DNA of 63,814 bases, the filler included, from Octopus bimaculoides (taxonomy: Eukaryota): assembly GCF_001194135.2 (NCBI RefSeq). It is 5 parts of 5 records of this genome, joined end to end, with 100 filler letters (N's around TTAATTAATTAA, not from the genome) between each part and the next. Parts side by side here need not be neighbours in the genome. Positions count along the whole stretch, not along the records: positions 25,424 to 39,862 come from NC_068996.1; positions 39,963 to 46,520 come from NC_069005.1; positions 46,621 to 61,754 come from NC_068981.1; 2 more parts are not named here. The stretch is one strand, 5' to 3'. Shown in pieces: positions 34,104 through 47,207 of this stretch. The position numbers and the translations under genes were made by a program. Each line of letters starts with the position of its first letter. Positions within the stretch are counted from its first letter, which is position 1. The notes below the pieces were generated by a model. That model worked only from the letters and a program-made list of their open reading frames with translations, did no database searches and was not told the DNA's origin.

Positions 34104-34710
34104 CATCATCATCATCATTTAACGTCCGCTTTCCATGCTAGCATGGGTTGGATGGTTTGACTGAGGACTGGTGAACCAGATGGCTACACCAGGCTCCAAT
34201 CTGATTTGGCAGAGTTTCTACAGCTGGAAGCCCTTCCTAATGCCAACCACTCAGAGAGTGTAGTGGGTGCTTTTACATGCCACCGGCACGAGGGCCAGTA
34301 AGGCGACGCTGGTAACAATCACACTCAAATGGTGCTTTTCACATGCCACCAGCATGGAAGCCAGACTGCAGCTCTGGCAGTGATCCCGCTTGGATGGTGC
34401 TGTTAGTGCTCCACTGGCATGGGTGCCAGTCATCAAATTTGGTTCAGTTACAATTTCCCTTGCCCCAACAGGTCTTCACAAGCAGAGTTTAGTGTCCAAT
34501 GAAAGAAGGTTGGCATGGGTGCCAGTCGTCGAATTTGGTTCGATTTCGAATTCACTTGCCTCAAAAGGTCTTCACAAGCAGGGATTTGTGTCCAAAGAAG
34601 GGAGGTTGGCATGGGTGCCAGTTGTTGAATTTGGTTCGATTTCGATTTCGATTTCACTTGCCTCAACAGGTCTTCACAAGCAGGGATTTGTGTCCAAAGA
34701 AGGAAAGGTA
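34102..34710 (-). mobile_element. Family D element with internal tandem repeats and (GAT)n tail
   Basis: (CAT)n-TTTAACGTCCGCTTTCCATGCTAGCATGGGTTGG end; three ~100-bp units GGCATGGGTGCCAGT..AATTTGGTTC..CAACAGGTCTTCACAAGCAG at 34415-34705. Confidence 0.85.
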
Positions 34711-35731
34711 TGCATAAGTGGGCTGGCTATATATATATACATACATACATGTATGTATATACATGTGTATACATACATGCACACACACACCTATAAACTT
34801 GTATCCAGCTGGAATATGCTTGAGGCATACTTGAACTTGTAAGAAAGTCATTCGCTGCATTTCATCAACAAGAAAACTTCTCAGAGCCACATACATGCAT
34901 GTGTATGCACAAATGTATGCATGCATGTATGACACATACACACACATGCACACACCACAGGGAAATCCCTCTAAAATTCATGGATGTATTTCTGTTGCTT
35001 ATTACACAAATTATTTGACATTTTTACGAAGACCTTTTTTTTTTTTAAACTCACCTTTATTGATATTGCTAAAAGTCTTGCCATCTGCGCTGCCAATTTT
35101 CTTACCATTTTGGAATCTTTTAAGAATATGCCTTATATAATTTTCTTTCTCTTTGTCAAAATCTGTTATTTTGGAGCTAACCTGAAAGAAAAGAAAAAAA
35201 AAAAAAGAAGGCACATGAAAATATGTGAATGCCACTCAGTGTGTTTGAGTTTCTGTGTTATTAAAAATACATGNNNNNNNNNNNNNNNNNNNNNNNNNNN
35301 NNNNNNNNNNNNNNNNNNNNNNNNNNNNNNNNNNNNNNNNNNNNNNNNNNNNNNNNNNNNNNNNNNNNNNNNNNNNNNNNNNNNNNNNNNNNNNNNNNNN
35401 NNNNNNNNNNNNNNNNNNNNNNNNNNNNNNNNNNNNNNNNNNNNNNNNNNNNNNNNNNNNNNNNNNNNNNNNNNNNNNNNNNNNNNNNNNNNNNNNNNNN
35501 NNNNNNNNNNNNNNNNNNNNNNNNNNNNNNNNNNNNNNNNNNNNNNNNNNNNNNNNNNNNNNNNNNNNNNNNNNNNNNNNNNNNNNNNNNNNNNNNNNNN
35601 NNNNNNNNNNNNNNNNNNNNNNNNNNNNNNNNNNNNNNNNNNNNNNNNNNNNNNNNNNNNNNNNNNNNNNNNNNNNNNNNNNNNNNNNNNNNNNNNNNNN
35701 NNNNNNNNNNNNNNNNNNNNNNNNNNNNNNN

Positions 35732-35792
<61 letters not shown>

Positions 35793-36049
35793 TGTATGTA
35801 TGTATATATTCACAAACACACAAGCACTCATATACATACACATGCACACACACACACACACACTCATGTTCATATATATATGATTATAATTATAATTATT
35901 ATTATTGTTGTTGTTGTTATTACTCTTGAAATGGTTAGTGTGTATATATGTGTATGTATATATACATATCTATGTCTATCTCTCTCCATATACACACACA
36001 CATACACACATATATATGTATGTATGTACATATACATATGTATATATAT

Positions 36050-36170
36050 ATCATCGTCATCATCATCATCATCATCATCATCGTTTAACGTCCGCTTTCC
36101 ATGCTAGCATGGGTTGGACGATTTGACTGAGGACTGGTGAAACCAGATGACAACACCAGGCTCCAATCTA

Positions 36171-36172
<2 letters not shown>
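36050..36172 (-). mobile_element. Family D 3' fragment
   Basis: Near-identical to 34102-34200. Confidence 0.88.
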
Positions 36173-36214
<42 letters not shown>

Positions 36215-37208
36215 NNNNNNNNNNNNNNNNNNNNNNNNNNNNNNNNNNNNNNNNNNNNNNNNNNNNNNNNNNNNNNNNNNNNNNNNNNNNNNNNNNNNNN
36301 NNNNNNNNNNNNNNNTATGTATGTATGTATGTATGTATGTATGTATGTATGTATGTATGTATGTACGTACGTACGTATGTATGTATGTATGTATGTATGT
36401 ATGTATGTATCACTGATATAATTAACTGGTAATGATGATGATAATAAATTTGGGCAAATATTTCAAAATATCCACCCCCCCTGCACACTGCCTACACTCA
36501 ATCATATATCATATATAAATATATATATGTATGTATGTATGTATATATGCATGTATGTATGCATGTATGTATTAAAAAACAAACTCTTCTTATGCTGTTG
36601 CTGTTTGTATTTGTTGTTGTTGTTGTTAGTGGTGGTGGTCGTGGCGGTGGTCGTGTAGTTACTGTTGCTGCCATTTGATATGTAGTTGTTCTTATGTATC
36701 CACCTGTATAATAAAACAGGATGGGTGGGTTATGAGAATTTCTGCTCACAATGGCTTTCTATGATCCATGAATTTCTGAGCTAATTGCGGAATTTTATAC
36801 TCAAATGATGATAATTGAATGAGTCAACTACATCGAATTGTTCAAGTATTTATTGTTGAGTATGTTGTTGTTGTTGTTGTTGCTAGTGGAAGTTGGTGTT
36901 GATGGAGCTGGTGTTGCTAGCGTTGCGAGTCATGCTGCAAATGTTGAAATAATTGCTGTTGTTGTTGTAGTTGTCATTCTGTTATTGTTGTTGTTAATGG
37001 TGTTGCTAGTGATGCTGCTAATGACAAAATAGCTGTTGTAGTGATGGTGGTGGTGGTGGTGGTGATGGTGGCTGTCATCATCATCATTTTCCTCCCCTCT
37101 TCTTCCTCCTCCTCCTCCTCCNNNNNNNNNNNNNNNNNNNNNNNNNNNNNNNNNNNNNNNNNNNNNNNNTTCTTCTTCTTCTTCTTCTTCTTCTTCTTCT
37201 TCTTCTTC

Positions 37209-37254
<46 letters not shown>

Positions 37255-37889
37255 AATGATGATGATGATGGTGACGATGATTCTAAATCCAATTCTGACA
37301 CAGTCATCTATCTATTTTGGTTAACTTTTATTTCATTTCAATACATTTTAGCAATCATTTTCTTTTCAATTTAGACAAAAGGAAAGATGGACGATATAAA
37401 TGCATCATCATAATGTATGTGTATGTGTGTGTGTGTGTGTGTGCATGTGTGTATGTTTGTGTGTCAGTATATATGCATTTGTGTATGTGTGTGTGTGTGC
37501 ATGTGCGCATTTGTGCGTGTGTGTGTATGTTTGTGTGTGTTTGTGTGTCAGTGTATATGCATTTGTGTATGTGTGTGTGTATGTGTTTGTGTGTGTGTGT
37601 ATGTGTGTTTGTGTATGTATGTGTTTGTGCATGTGTGTGTGTGTGTGTGTATGTAGTTGAGAAGGCAGATTATAAATAAATGAACATGTGGGTATGTGCA
37701 TGGGTGGAGTGTAGGCCACATGGTTAAAAACACTCATCTTGCAAATCACATGCTTTTAAGTTTGATCCTAACTGCATGAGTGGCATCTTGAGCAAGCGTC
37801 TACATCAAATGCTTCAAGTTGACAAATGCATTGCAAGCGAAATCTGGTGGATGGAAAAAAAAAAATGTATGGAAGTGCATCATGTATGC

Positions 37890-38120
37890 ACAGGGGATGC
37901 TGTGTGGTAAGATGCTTCCCAACCACATGGGTCTGGATTCAATCCCACTGCGTAGCACCTTAGGCAAGTGTCTTCTACTATAGCCTTGAGCCAACTGAAG
38001 CCTTGTGAGTGGATTTGGTAGATGGAAACTAAAAGAAACCGAGCTGTCCAGCTAAACCCTTCAAGGTGGTGCCCCAGCATGGCCACAGTCCAATGAGTGA
38101 AACAATATAAAAGATAAAAA
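37890..38120 (+). mobile_element. SINE family B copy with internal deletion, CpG-decayed
   Basis: GCTGTGTGGTAAGATGCTTCCCAACCACATGG..CACCTTAGGCAAGTGTCTTCTACTATAGCC. Confidence 0.85.
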
Positions 38121-38347
38121 ATAGACGATTACATCATCAAACCTTGGAAAACATTGGACAATAGGACAGAATCAGTATATGTAAAATATTTCACAAATCA
38201 CTGGCTATTTCTTTGTGCATAAAATATTTCAGAACTGCAAGGAAAGGCATTCAGAGATGGAGTCGGTGCCTTTAAGCTACAAGCAGCACATCAAAAGCAT
38301 TTTATTTAGTGTAGGAACAAATTACTAAACAAACAAAAAAAGAAAAG

Positions 38348-39135
38348 TAAAAGGGTAAAGACACCCTTCAGTCATGACTGACCATGGGATTGCACCTAGA
38401 AAGTTCCCCTCCAAGGCACAAGTCTAGGCAATGATGTTTATGGAAGACCAGCAGTCGCCCATGCATACCAGCCTTTCCTCTGCACACCACTGATGTTATC
38501 CAAGGGAATGGCAAAGGGTTCGATACAGCTTGGCACCCGTGATATCACATCTCATTTCTACAGCTGATTAAACTGGAGCAACATGAATAAAGAGTCTTGC
38601 TCAAGAACACAATGCACAGCCCAGTTTGGGAATTGAATTCACCAACTCACGATTGTGAGCCTGATTTTCTAACCACTAAGCTATACACATATACAATTCA
38701 TAAATAAGTGTTTATGTATGCGTAAAGGGTAAAGACCCCCTTCAGTCATGAATGACCATGGGATTGCACCTAGAAGGTTCCCCCCTGAGGCACAATCTGA
38801 GCAAGGTTGTTTATGGAAGATCAGCAGTCCCCCATGCATACCAGCCTCCCCTCTCCATGCCACTAAGGTTATCCGGGGAAAGGCAAAGGCCAATACAAGT
38901 TGGCACCAATGATATTGCAACTCATTTCTACAACTGAGTGAACTGGAGCAATGTGAAATAAAGAGTCTTGCTCAAGAATACAGCACACAGTCCAGTCCTG
39001 GAAGCAAACTCACTACGTCATGATTGTGAGCCCAATGTTCTAACCACTGAGCTATCCACATATACAATTCATATGTAAATATTAATGTATGCATAAAGAT
39101 CCCCTTCAGTCATGAATAGCTATAGGATTGCACAC
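38348..39135 (-). mobile_element. Tandem SINE family E units (38348-38724, 38725-39094, partial 39095-39135)
   Basis: Two complete copies and one partial copy, separated by a shared non-SINE spacer containing CACATATACAATTCATA. Confidence 0.88.
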
Positions 39136-39324
39136 TCGTGTGAGCCTTACACTCTGGCTACTGAACTACATGCATAATTATCAACTGCAATTTTGCATTT
39201 AACCAACAAATAGTACATTGTTGCATGAAACTCCATGCCATCAATGTAACTACTTCTCTTGGGAATGATCTGGAACCATGCAAAAGCAGAAATGGGAAAC
39301 CTAGAATGTAAATATGTATAGACA

Positions 39325-39862
39325 TAGGTGTGACTGTGTGGTAAGACGTTTGCTTCCCAAACCACATGGTTCCAAGTTTTGGGTTCTGTTCTACTTGGGC
39401 AAGTATCTTCTGCTATAGCATTGTGACCAAAGCCTTGTGAGTGGATTTGGTAGACAGTAACTGAAAGAATCCTAGGCGTACGAGTGGCTGTGTGGTAAGT
39501 AGCTTGCTTACGAACCATATGGTTCCGGGTTCAGTCCCACTGTGTGGCACCTTGGGCAAGTGTCCTCTACTATAGCCTTGGNNNNNNNNNNGGCACCTTG
39601 GGCAAGTGTCCTCTACTATAGCCTTGGGCCGACCAAAGCCTTGTGAGTGGATTTGATAGACGGAAACTGAAAGAAGACCGTCGTATATATGTATGCATGT
39701 GTGTATATGTTCGTGTGTCTGTGTTTGTTCCCCTCCCCAACATCGCTTGACAACCGATGCTGATGTGTTTACGTCCCCGTAACTTAGTGATTCGGCAAAA
39801 GAGACCAATAGAATAAGTACTAGGCTTACAAAGAATAAGTCCTGGGGTCAATTTGCTCGACT
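39325..39862 (+). mobile_element. Two SINE family B copies (39325-39470 partial; 39480-39862 near complete)
   Basis: Head GTGGCTGTGTGGTAAG..GGTTCAGTCCCACTG; body through GTCCTGGGGTCAATTTGCTCGACT. Confidence 0.9.
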
Positions 39863-40071
39863 NNNNNNNNNNNNNNNNNNNNNNNNNNNNNNNNNNNNNN
39901 NNNNNNTTAATTAATTAANNNNNNNNNNNNNNNNNNNNNNNNNNNNNNNNNNNNNNNNNNNNATATATACATATAAAAAATCGTTGTTCGTGTGTATTCT
40001 ATGTTATTTAAATTTTGGATTTAACATTAACTATAAGAACAATCAATGTATTGAATAAAAAAAGGCACCAT

Positions 40072-40112
<41 letters not shown>

Positions 40113-40353
40113 TCACTGCTGCTGCTGCGGCAACCGCTGCTGCTAGTAATGCAGTTGTTGCCATATCATACAACGAATGAACCTTACAAATAAACGGAAA
40201 TACCAGAGCATTTGTTATCATTTTAGGTAATAGCTTTTCTGTTTTTCATTTATATTTTTGTTTTATTATTTTCTCATTCTGTTATTACGATTCCATGATG
40301 ATGATGATGATGATCATGATCATCATCATGGTCATCATCATCATCATCATCAT

Positions 40354-40835
40354 GGAGTGAGAGATCAATGCATGTCATCAGAGTCACATAAGGGCACAAA
40401 TATACGAAGCCCGTATACCCGTCATGACTACCCATCTGACTACACCCGTATACTCCCGGATACCCATCATGACTACACCAGGCACATGCATCACAACCAC
40501 TTGTACACAACATGGTGGTTTCATGTCAAGATAAACAGGGTATGACCTTGAAGTTGAGGATCAGTTAGAATTTTCTTCAGGTCGAGTAGCCCATTCATGA
40601 TGAACGAAAAACCTCCACGTTTCCAGAAGTGACTTTTTCAAATCTCAAAGAATTCCTCTCAGTACATGTCTATGATGCTACCCAACTACTCCTGCTGGTG
40701 ATCAGAGATGCGCCTATTGTCAGCCATTAACGGACATGATCAACTGGTTAAGGTAAAGCAACTGACCAGCAAATCTGTTGTAGTGAGCAGAATATTTGAA
40801 GTATCCCATCTTTTACATCAAGACAAAACATGTAC
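40354..40835 (-). mobile_element. Family G copy (diverged, with internal duplications)
   Basis: Reverse complement of 17458-17971; abuts (CAT)n, i.e. (ATG)n on the element strand. Confidence 0.75.
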
Positions 40836-40844
40836 ACGTCAACA

Positions 40845-41177
40845 CTTCCAACCAGTTAGAATCAGAAGTCATGAGAGTGTCTGAGCACTCCACAGACACG
40901 TGTACCCTTAACGTAGTTCTCGGGAATATTCAGCGTGACACAGGGTATGACAAGGCTGACCCTTTGAATTATAGGCACAACAAAAACAGGAAGAAAGAGC
41001 GAGAGAAAGTTGTGGTGAAAGAATACAACAGGGTTCGCCACCATCCCCTGCCGGAGCCTCATGCAGCTTTAGGTGTTTTCGCTCAATAAACACTCACAAC
41101 GCCCGGTCTGGGAACCGAAACCGCGATCCTATGACCACGAGTCCGCTGCCCTAACCACTGGGCCATTGCGCCTCCAC
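40845..41177 (-). mobile_element. SINE family C copy
   Basis: Reverse complement of 62277-62668. Confidence 0.9.
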
Positions 41178-42365
41178 TCCTGTTCAGTATCACAGCAATG
41201 ACGACCAAGATTCAATATTTTGAACGGAATCAGTACCTGCCAAATGGAAGCTTAATACGCGAGATTTATTTGCTATTAATGGGAAAGTTCACACTGGTTC
41301 TGATGAGATGGTTAATGAAAAAGAATTTTTAAAAGATTTGTAAAACTTTAATATGAGATTTGTGTACAAACATTATTTCATTGAGTTGATTTGTTCAAAT
41401 ATTAGTGAATAATTCAATATACTGTCTTTAATATAGCAGAGTGTAAAATATAATTGCACAATTATGCAAATTAGTCTGTTGAAACGCTTGTTTCACCATA
41501 ATTATTGTACAGAATGTTAGAACAGAGTGTTTAGCCCTAACGTGGGCCAACATACAGAGAGATTTCTTACCAAATAAACACGAATAATGTGTGAAACTAA
41601 ATGAAGATTGAGGTTAGACATAGGTCAAAGCACAACTGGAACAATTTAATAACGAAATTTCAATGAAAAACATAGATGAAATTAGTTTGTCTTAATTGAA
41701 GGATTTTAAACAAATTACTAAATTCTAAATGTTTAGAATTGTGTGAGCATTGCTATTATTCTATTGAATAAATTGTTCATAGTGATATTTTGTGCTTTAA
41801 TTTAACTTTCAAACGTTTGTTGCTGGTTAAACGTTTGCCTCTTATGTGCATTGCATGTGATACAGTAGACGTATTTCCTTCGCTTCTAAGCATTATATAC
41901 GATACACATTCTCAGTATTTTTCAACCAATAGAGTAATTTGGATCTTATGAAAGGAAAGCCTGAAATTACTCTTAACGTATAAGACAAGGGCTGACTATA
42001 CGTCTGAAAATAAGCGTGGGTATTTAGGACAAACTGCTCTGAATAAAAAAAAAAGCGGTTAAATGGCTTTTTTATGAAAACTAAACAAGTATAGCTGGCA
42101 CGAAGAGTGAAAACGACCGACATTGGCAGAGTTGTCAAATAATGATTTCAAATTTTGGCACAAAGCCAGCAATTTCGAGGGAGCGAAACATTTCACTCCT
42201 GCATTTTCGGATTCGATACAAAACAACTTTCAAGAACAATAGTAATTTAAATTTTTCCCAGTAGCTAGAGGAGTACCTCTCATTGAGAAATTATTACTTC
42301 CGAGTTTCTGCTAGCTAGGAAACATATGTAGCCTGGATTTTACCTGGTCCATTCCACCACTTTGG

Positions 42366-42424
<59 letters not shown>

Positions 42425-42459
42425 TTGGAAAAGTATATATCATATAATAATATAAATAA

Positions 42460-42650
42460 TATATCAATATATATGCATATATCCATACATATATGTACAT
42501 ATCTACATCTATATGTATACATACATGCATATATGGGTACAGGACATAAAAAAAAAACGTTAAACACAATGAGAAACGAAAACAGAAAACGAACATTTTT
42601 CAAACAACGATAAAAACAAACAGAGAAACGAGACATGGATAGATAGATAG
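42460..42650. mobile_element. Copy of the unclassified repeat seen at 6010
   Basis: CATACATGCATATATGGGTACAGGACATAAAAAAAAACG..ACAATGAGAAACGA. Confidence 0.7.
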
Positions 42651-42691
42651 ATATGCACACAACACACATTTCTATATAGTATTTACACATA

Positions 42692-43059
42692 CAGTAGAAC
42701 CTCGCAGTACGAAAGCCCCATTGTACGAGTAATTTGCTGTACAGTCCAAGACTCGTGCGAATTTTTGTTGTGCAGTACAAGCGGAAATCCACAGTACGAG
42801 CGCACAAATCGTCCCATCTTTAACGTAATTCAGTTTACATATTTTTGCATTCTCTTTTTAATAATTATCATTTTAATTGTAACTACATCTTTTCTGTTTT
42901 AAAAGCCGTAAAAATTATTTTTGAGTGGTTTTCGGGATCTGGAATGGATTCATTATATTTTAGTTAATTTCATTGGGGAAAATTTATTTGTAAAACCAGT
43001 AAATCGTAAGACGAGCTCGGTGATGGAAAAAATTAAATTCGTACTGCGAGGTATCACTG
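42692..43059. mobile_element. Tigger/pogo-like MITE (368 bp)
   Basis: TIR CAGTAGAACCTCGCAGTACGAA vs reverse complement of TTCGTACTGCGAGGTATCACTG; TA at left, TT at right. Confidence 0.85.
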
Positions 43060-43127
43060 TTTTTGCATATATTATATGGAATTGTGTATCTATCTATCTA
43101 TCTATCTATATAAATATNNNNNNNNNN

Positions 43128-43158
<31 letters not shown>

Positions 43159-44075
43159 TCATACACACCTGCGCGTGCGAAATTTAGGTTAGTTAAAATA
43201 TGCATGTGACATATTTTAACTTCTAAAGGCAAATTCACTGCAATTACTATAGACAAAAAAAATTCACTTATTGGAAAAGGTGTAAAAACACCATATATCT
43301 GCCCAGTGTCATACCCTGCGCAGAGTTACCTCTCTTTGCTATTTTCTACTAATAACGGCTAAAGAGCTAGAAATACTGCGTCTAAGAATCAAACAGGGAA
43401 CGCCTGAACATGACGATAATTTTAACTACAACTCTATCAACACGATATCGCGATTATAATCTTTGAAACAAGCTACGTTTTTATTTAATTATTTAATTAT
43501 TTATCTATTTATTTATACACTTATATATTTATTGACTAACGATCTTTCATCCATTTTGTCAACGTTTTTCAGAAATTTTTTGTTTTCAAAATTTTGTTTC
43601 TTTTCAATCTTTCGATTTGTTAGAATTAAAAACTTTTTCAAGAAATTCTGAAAGTGATAATATTCTTAACCCCATATGTGTTAGAACCTGTCAATTTGGT
43701 AGTGAAGAATTTGCAATATTTATAACACTGCAGATGTGAAAATTTTTCATCTTGGACATGATTGGTTTAAGATATTTCGGACAAACAAGTCTTCTTTCAA
43801 ATATTACTTTGTTATTGCTATTATTATTATTATTATTATTATTATCATTATTATCATCAGCAGCAGCGATCAATGAGGTCGCTGACCTTGGTCTTGGAAA
43901 GATCCAATTCACCTTGTTCAATTTTTAATTACTGATAGAAAAAGTAATAATATATATATTTATATGTACTGAATTTTTGAATTTCTGAATTAAAAAAAAT
44001 TTTCTTTTCTTTTTATAAATTTTGCCGTGGTTTACAGTTTTTGTAATTGTGCAGTTTGTATACATTGGCAAGTGC

Positions 44076-44113
<38 letters not shown>

Positions 44114-44170
44114 GTAGTAGTAGTAGTATCATCATCATCATCATCATCAAGGCAACGAGCTAGCAGAATC

Positions 44171-44208
<38 letters not shown>

Positions 44209-44577
44209 GAAAGGATCAAAGCTCCTTTCCGATCCGTAGATTAATAGGGTCCATCGGAAGATTATTTATGTTTTGTCAGTTGAGAGGACTGGAGCTACGG
44301 GATATGTAGTGATTGCTTAAGAACACAACGCATCTCCCGGTCCAGGAACCGAAACTACAATCTTACAACCCCGAGTACATCAGCTAACCAGCTAACCACC
44401 ATTAAACAACACCATACTCCACCATACACTCGCGCACGCACCCACACACACATACACAATACATACTTAATATGCTTATCATTTTCTTCTACATGACAAA
44501 TATCTAATTATCTTTATATGTAATCCTATAATCTAGAACGCTTTCATATTCGACCAAGAGGAAAATCCAAAGCATTT

Positions 44578-44644
<67 letters not shown>

Positions 44645-45760
44645 GACACACAGAGACTTACATGGACGTAGAAATGTTGTAACATGGTTACCCATAAAGA
44701 AATCATTTGATCATGAAAGCTAACATCTATAACTGTGAAAGGCAATACAAAACACTTCCAAACGAAAATAAATAAAATGAAATACCTTTCATAAGAGAAA
44801 TGGTTTTGACCAAAAATGTATAGACATCCTTCAAAAATAAAGAAAAACTCCTTCTATGAGATCAGAAGATAAATATTGCAAATAAACAATTCATAACATC
44901 ATAGGCAACTTTCAGTATCAATTCAGTTATTAAACGTGGTGTTCCCTGGCGGCAGTTATTGTAAGGGACGGAATCACTTCTGGATAACATGCTGTAGCTG
45001 GAAGCTTAAATTTTTAGGTCGAAGAGTAACGAAGAAGATGCTTAGAATATACATACTTTGTATGTTTAATATTGTTTTCTACTAAAGACAAAAATTTTCA
45101 TTTAGTCATATGTAGTTATGCATAAAGTCATTTCATCCTTATTTGAAACTGTTACCACGAGTAAATTACATTAAATTAAACATACAATGGGATGTAAGGA
45201 TTTTTATTTCCTTCTTAATAGATCGTTGATATAGTCCAGTATTCGAGAGAGAAGAGAAAGAAATGTCTTAAACAAAGAAACAATGCAAACCCCTAAACTC
45301 ACTCCTAACAATAAATTCAATGAAAATAAACCTGAGGAAGCAAATAATTACAAGTGATTAAAGCACATATTGTCAAAGAACAGACCTAACAGCCAAGAGT
45401 TGTTTCGAGAATACGTATATGCAGATGGTACGTTTCCCTGCAAACGATCAGCAGCCGGCACTACAGTGGCGATGTATTCCATCATCGGAGGAAGAATAAG
45501 ACAGACCTTTAGTAGGAAGTAATGATATGCTAGTTCAAGGAAGTGTATGAAGGTAAGCTTAAAAGAAGAGAGGAGGAGAATATAAGACATAGATGAGGTT
45601 AGATAGATAGAAACTAACAATCATGAGAAGGAACAACTGTAAACGACTGTCTGCAAATCTTCCTTTTCTTTTCTTATCCAGTTTGAAATCTACTTACGAT
45701 TACCAGCTTTATCTAATACCAATAATTTAGATTTACAGTATAACTGTTCCGCAAATGTTC

Positions 45761-45998
45761 GCACGGGCTACTAACCCCAAGTTTCCGAGTTCAATTCCAA
45801 GCAGTAACCTAAACAATAACAATAACAATAATAATAACATCGAAAAATACCTTAGGAATAAGAACCCAGGTTATAAATTTCCCCAAGACACCCGAAGAAG
45901 GCTGGAGGGTATATCAGCCGAAACGTTGTGTTAACAACAAACAAGATGAGGACAAATATCCGTCAAATGTAAATAATGAAAATAATGTAAATAATGTA
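45761..45998 (+). mobile_element. SINE family F: tRNA-like head, (AAT/AAC)n linker, minimal hammerhead fold, (TGTAAATAA)n tail
   Basis: B-box GAGTTCAATTCC; anticodon-like loop CT-ACT-AA; hammerhead fold at 45887-45932. Confidence 0.85.
45887..45932 (+). ncRNA. Putative minimal type I hammerhead ribozyme (this copy has U4>C)
   Basis: GACAC (stem I) CCGAAGA A GGCTG-GAGGGTATAT-CAGCC (stem II) GAA ACGT (palindromic stem III) T, predicted cut, GTGTT (stem I'). The copy at 57311-57328 has canonical CTGAAGA. Confidence 0.7.
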
Positions 45999-46432
45999 TC
46001 AGAATTATTATGAACATTCCTTAACTGATCTTTTATTGACCTTTTCTGACCTAAATTCCTTTAATGTTTGGTTCTCTCCTCGTTGTGTCAATATTTAAAT
46101 GAATAAATGTGATAACAGAAACTGACCTGATACCCGTTGTTTGTCTATTTACATTTTATACTTTCGTATAATTACTTAGGTGCATGTATGTCTAGGTGCG
46201 TGGGTATGTGTGTCTACGTGTGATTGCGTGTATATGCATATGTATAAGGACTAATACATTCAAACACATACACACACATGCACATACAGATATACATGCA
46301 AAAAACATACGCGCGCATCAATAAATATATAATGTCTTTCACTTGCCCTCTCTCTCTTTCCTGCTCTGTGTCTGTTTGAGTCTCTCTCTCTCTTTCCTGC
46401 TCTGTGTCTGTTTGAGTCTCTCTCTCTCTCTC

Positions 46433-46477
<45 letters not shown>

Positions 46478-46639
46478 TCTGTATATATATATATATATAT
46501 ATATACTCTGTATATATATANNNNNNNNNNNNNNNNNNNNNNNNNNNNNNNNNNNNNNNNNNNNTTAATTAATTAANNNNNNNNNNNNNNNNNNNNNNNN
46601 NNNNNNNNNNNNNNNNNNNNTATATATATATATATATAT

Positions 46640-47180
46640 ATATCAATCTATCTCTTTTGCCTCCACCCCCCGCTCTCTCACTCTCTCACTTTCTTCTCAT
46701 TCTGTCACTCTCTCTCTTTCTCTTTCTCTCTCCTCCCTTTGTCTCTGACTCTCTGTCTGTCTGTCTCTCTCTCTCTCTCTGACTCTCTCTCCCCTCCAAC
46801 TCTCTCTTTTCTCTCTTTCTTTCTCTTTGTCCCTCTCTCATTTTCCTTTCTCTCTGCCTCCCGCTCTCTCTTTCTCTCTCTCCCTTTCTGTTTGTCTCTG
46901 TCTGACTCTCTTTCTCTCTCTCTTTTCCTCTCTCTCTTTTTCTCTCTCACTCTTCCCTCCAACTCTCCCTTTTCTCTCTCTCTCTCTTTCTTTCTCTCTG
47001 TCTCTCTCTCCTCTTCCTCTCTATCTCCCTCTCCCTCTCTCCTTCTCTCTGTCTCCCTCGCTCTCTTTCTCTTTCTCACTCTCCTCCTCCGCCTCTCTCT
47101 TTCTCTCTCTCTCCCTCTCTCTCTCTCTCTCGCCTCCTCCTCTCTCTCTTGTTCCCTCTTTCTCTCTCTTTACCTCTCTC
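46640..47180. repeat. Long degenerate (TC)n polypyrimidine tract
   Basis: Direct reading. Confidence 0.95.
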
Positions 47181-47207
47181 GCTTTACAATTTTTTTCCCG
47201 ATCTCAG

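Noticed and set aside
41180-41420. Long reading frame with two stops (..DLFAINGKVHTGSDEMV..)
   Set aside because: May be an old coding relic, but I recognise no family.
45370-45520. GC-richer island with possible splice sites on either strand, flanked by ACAGACCT direct repeats
   Set aside because: Several mutually exclusive readings, none with both strong splice sites and a recognisable peptide.
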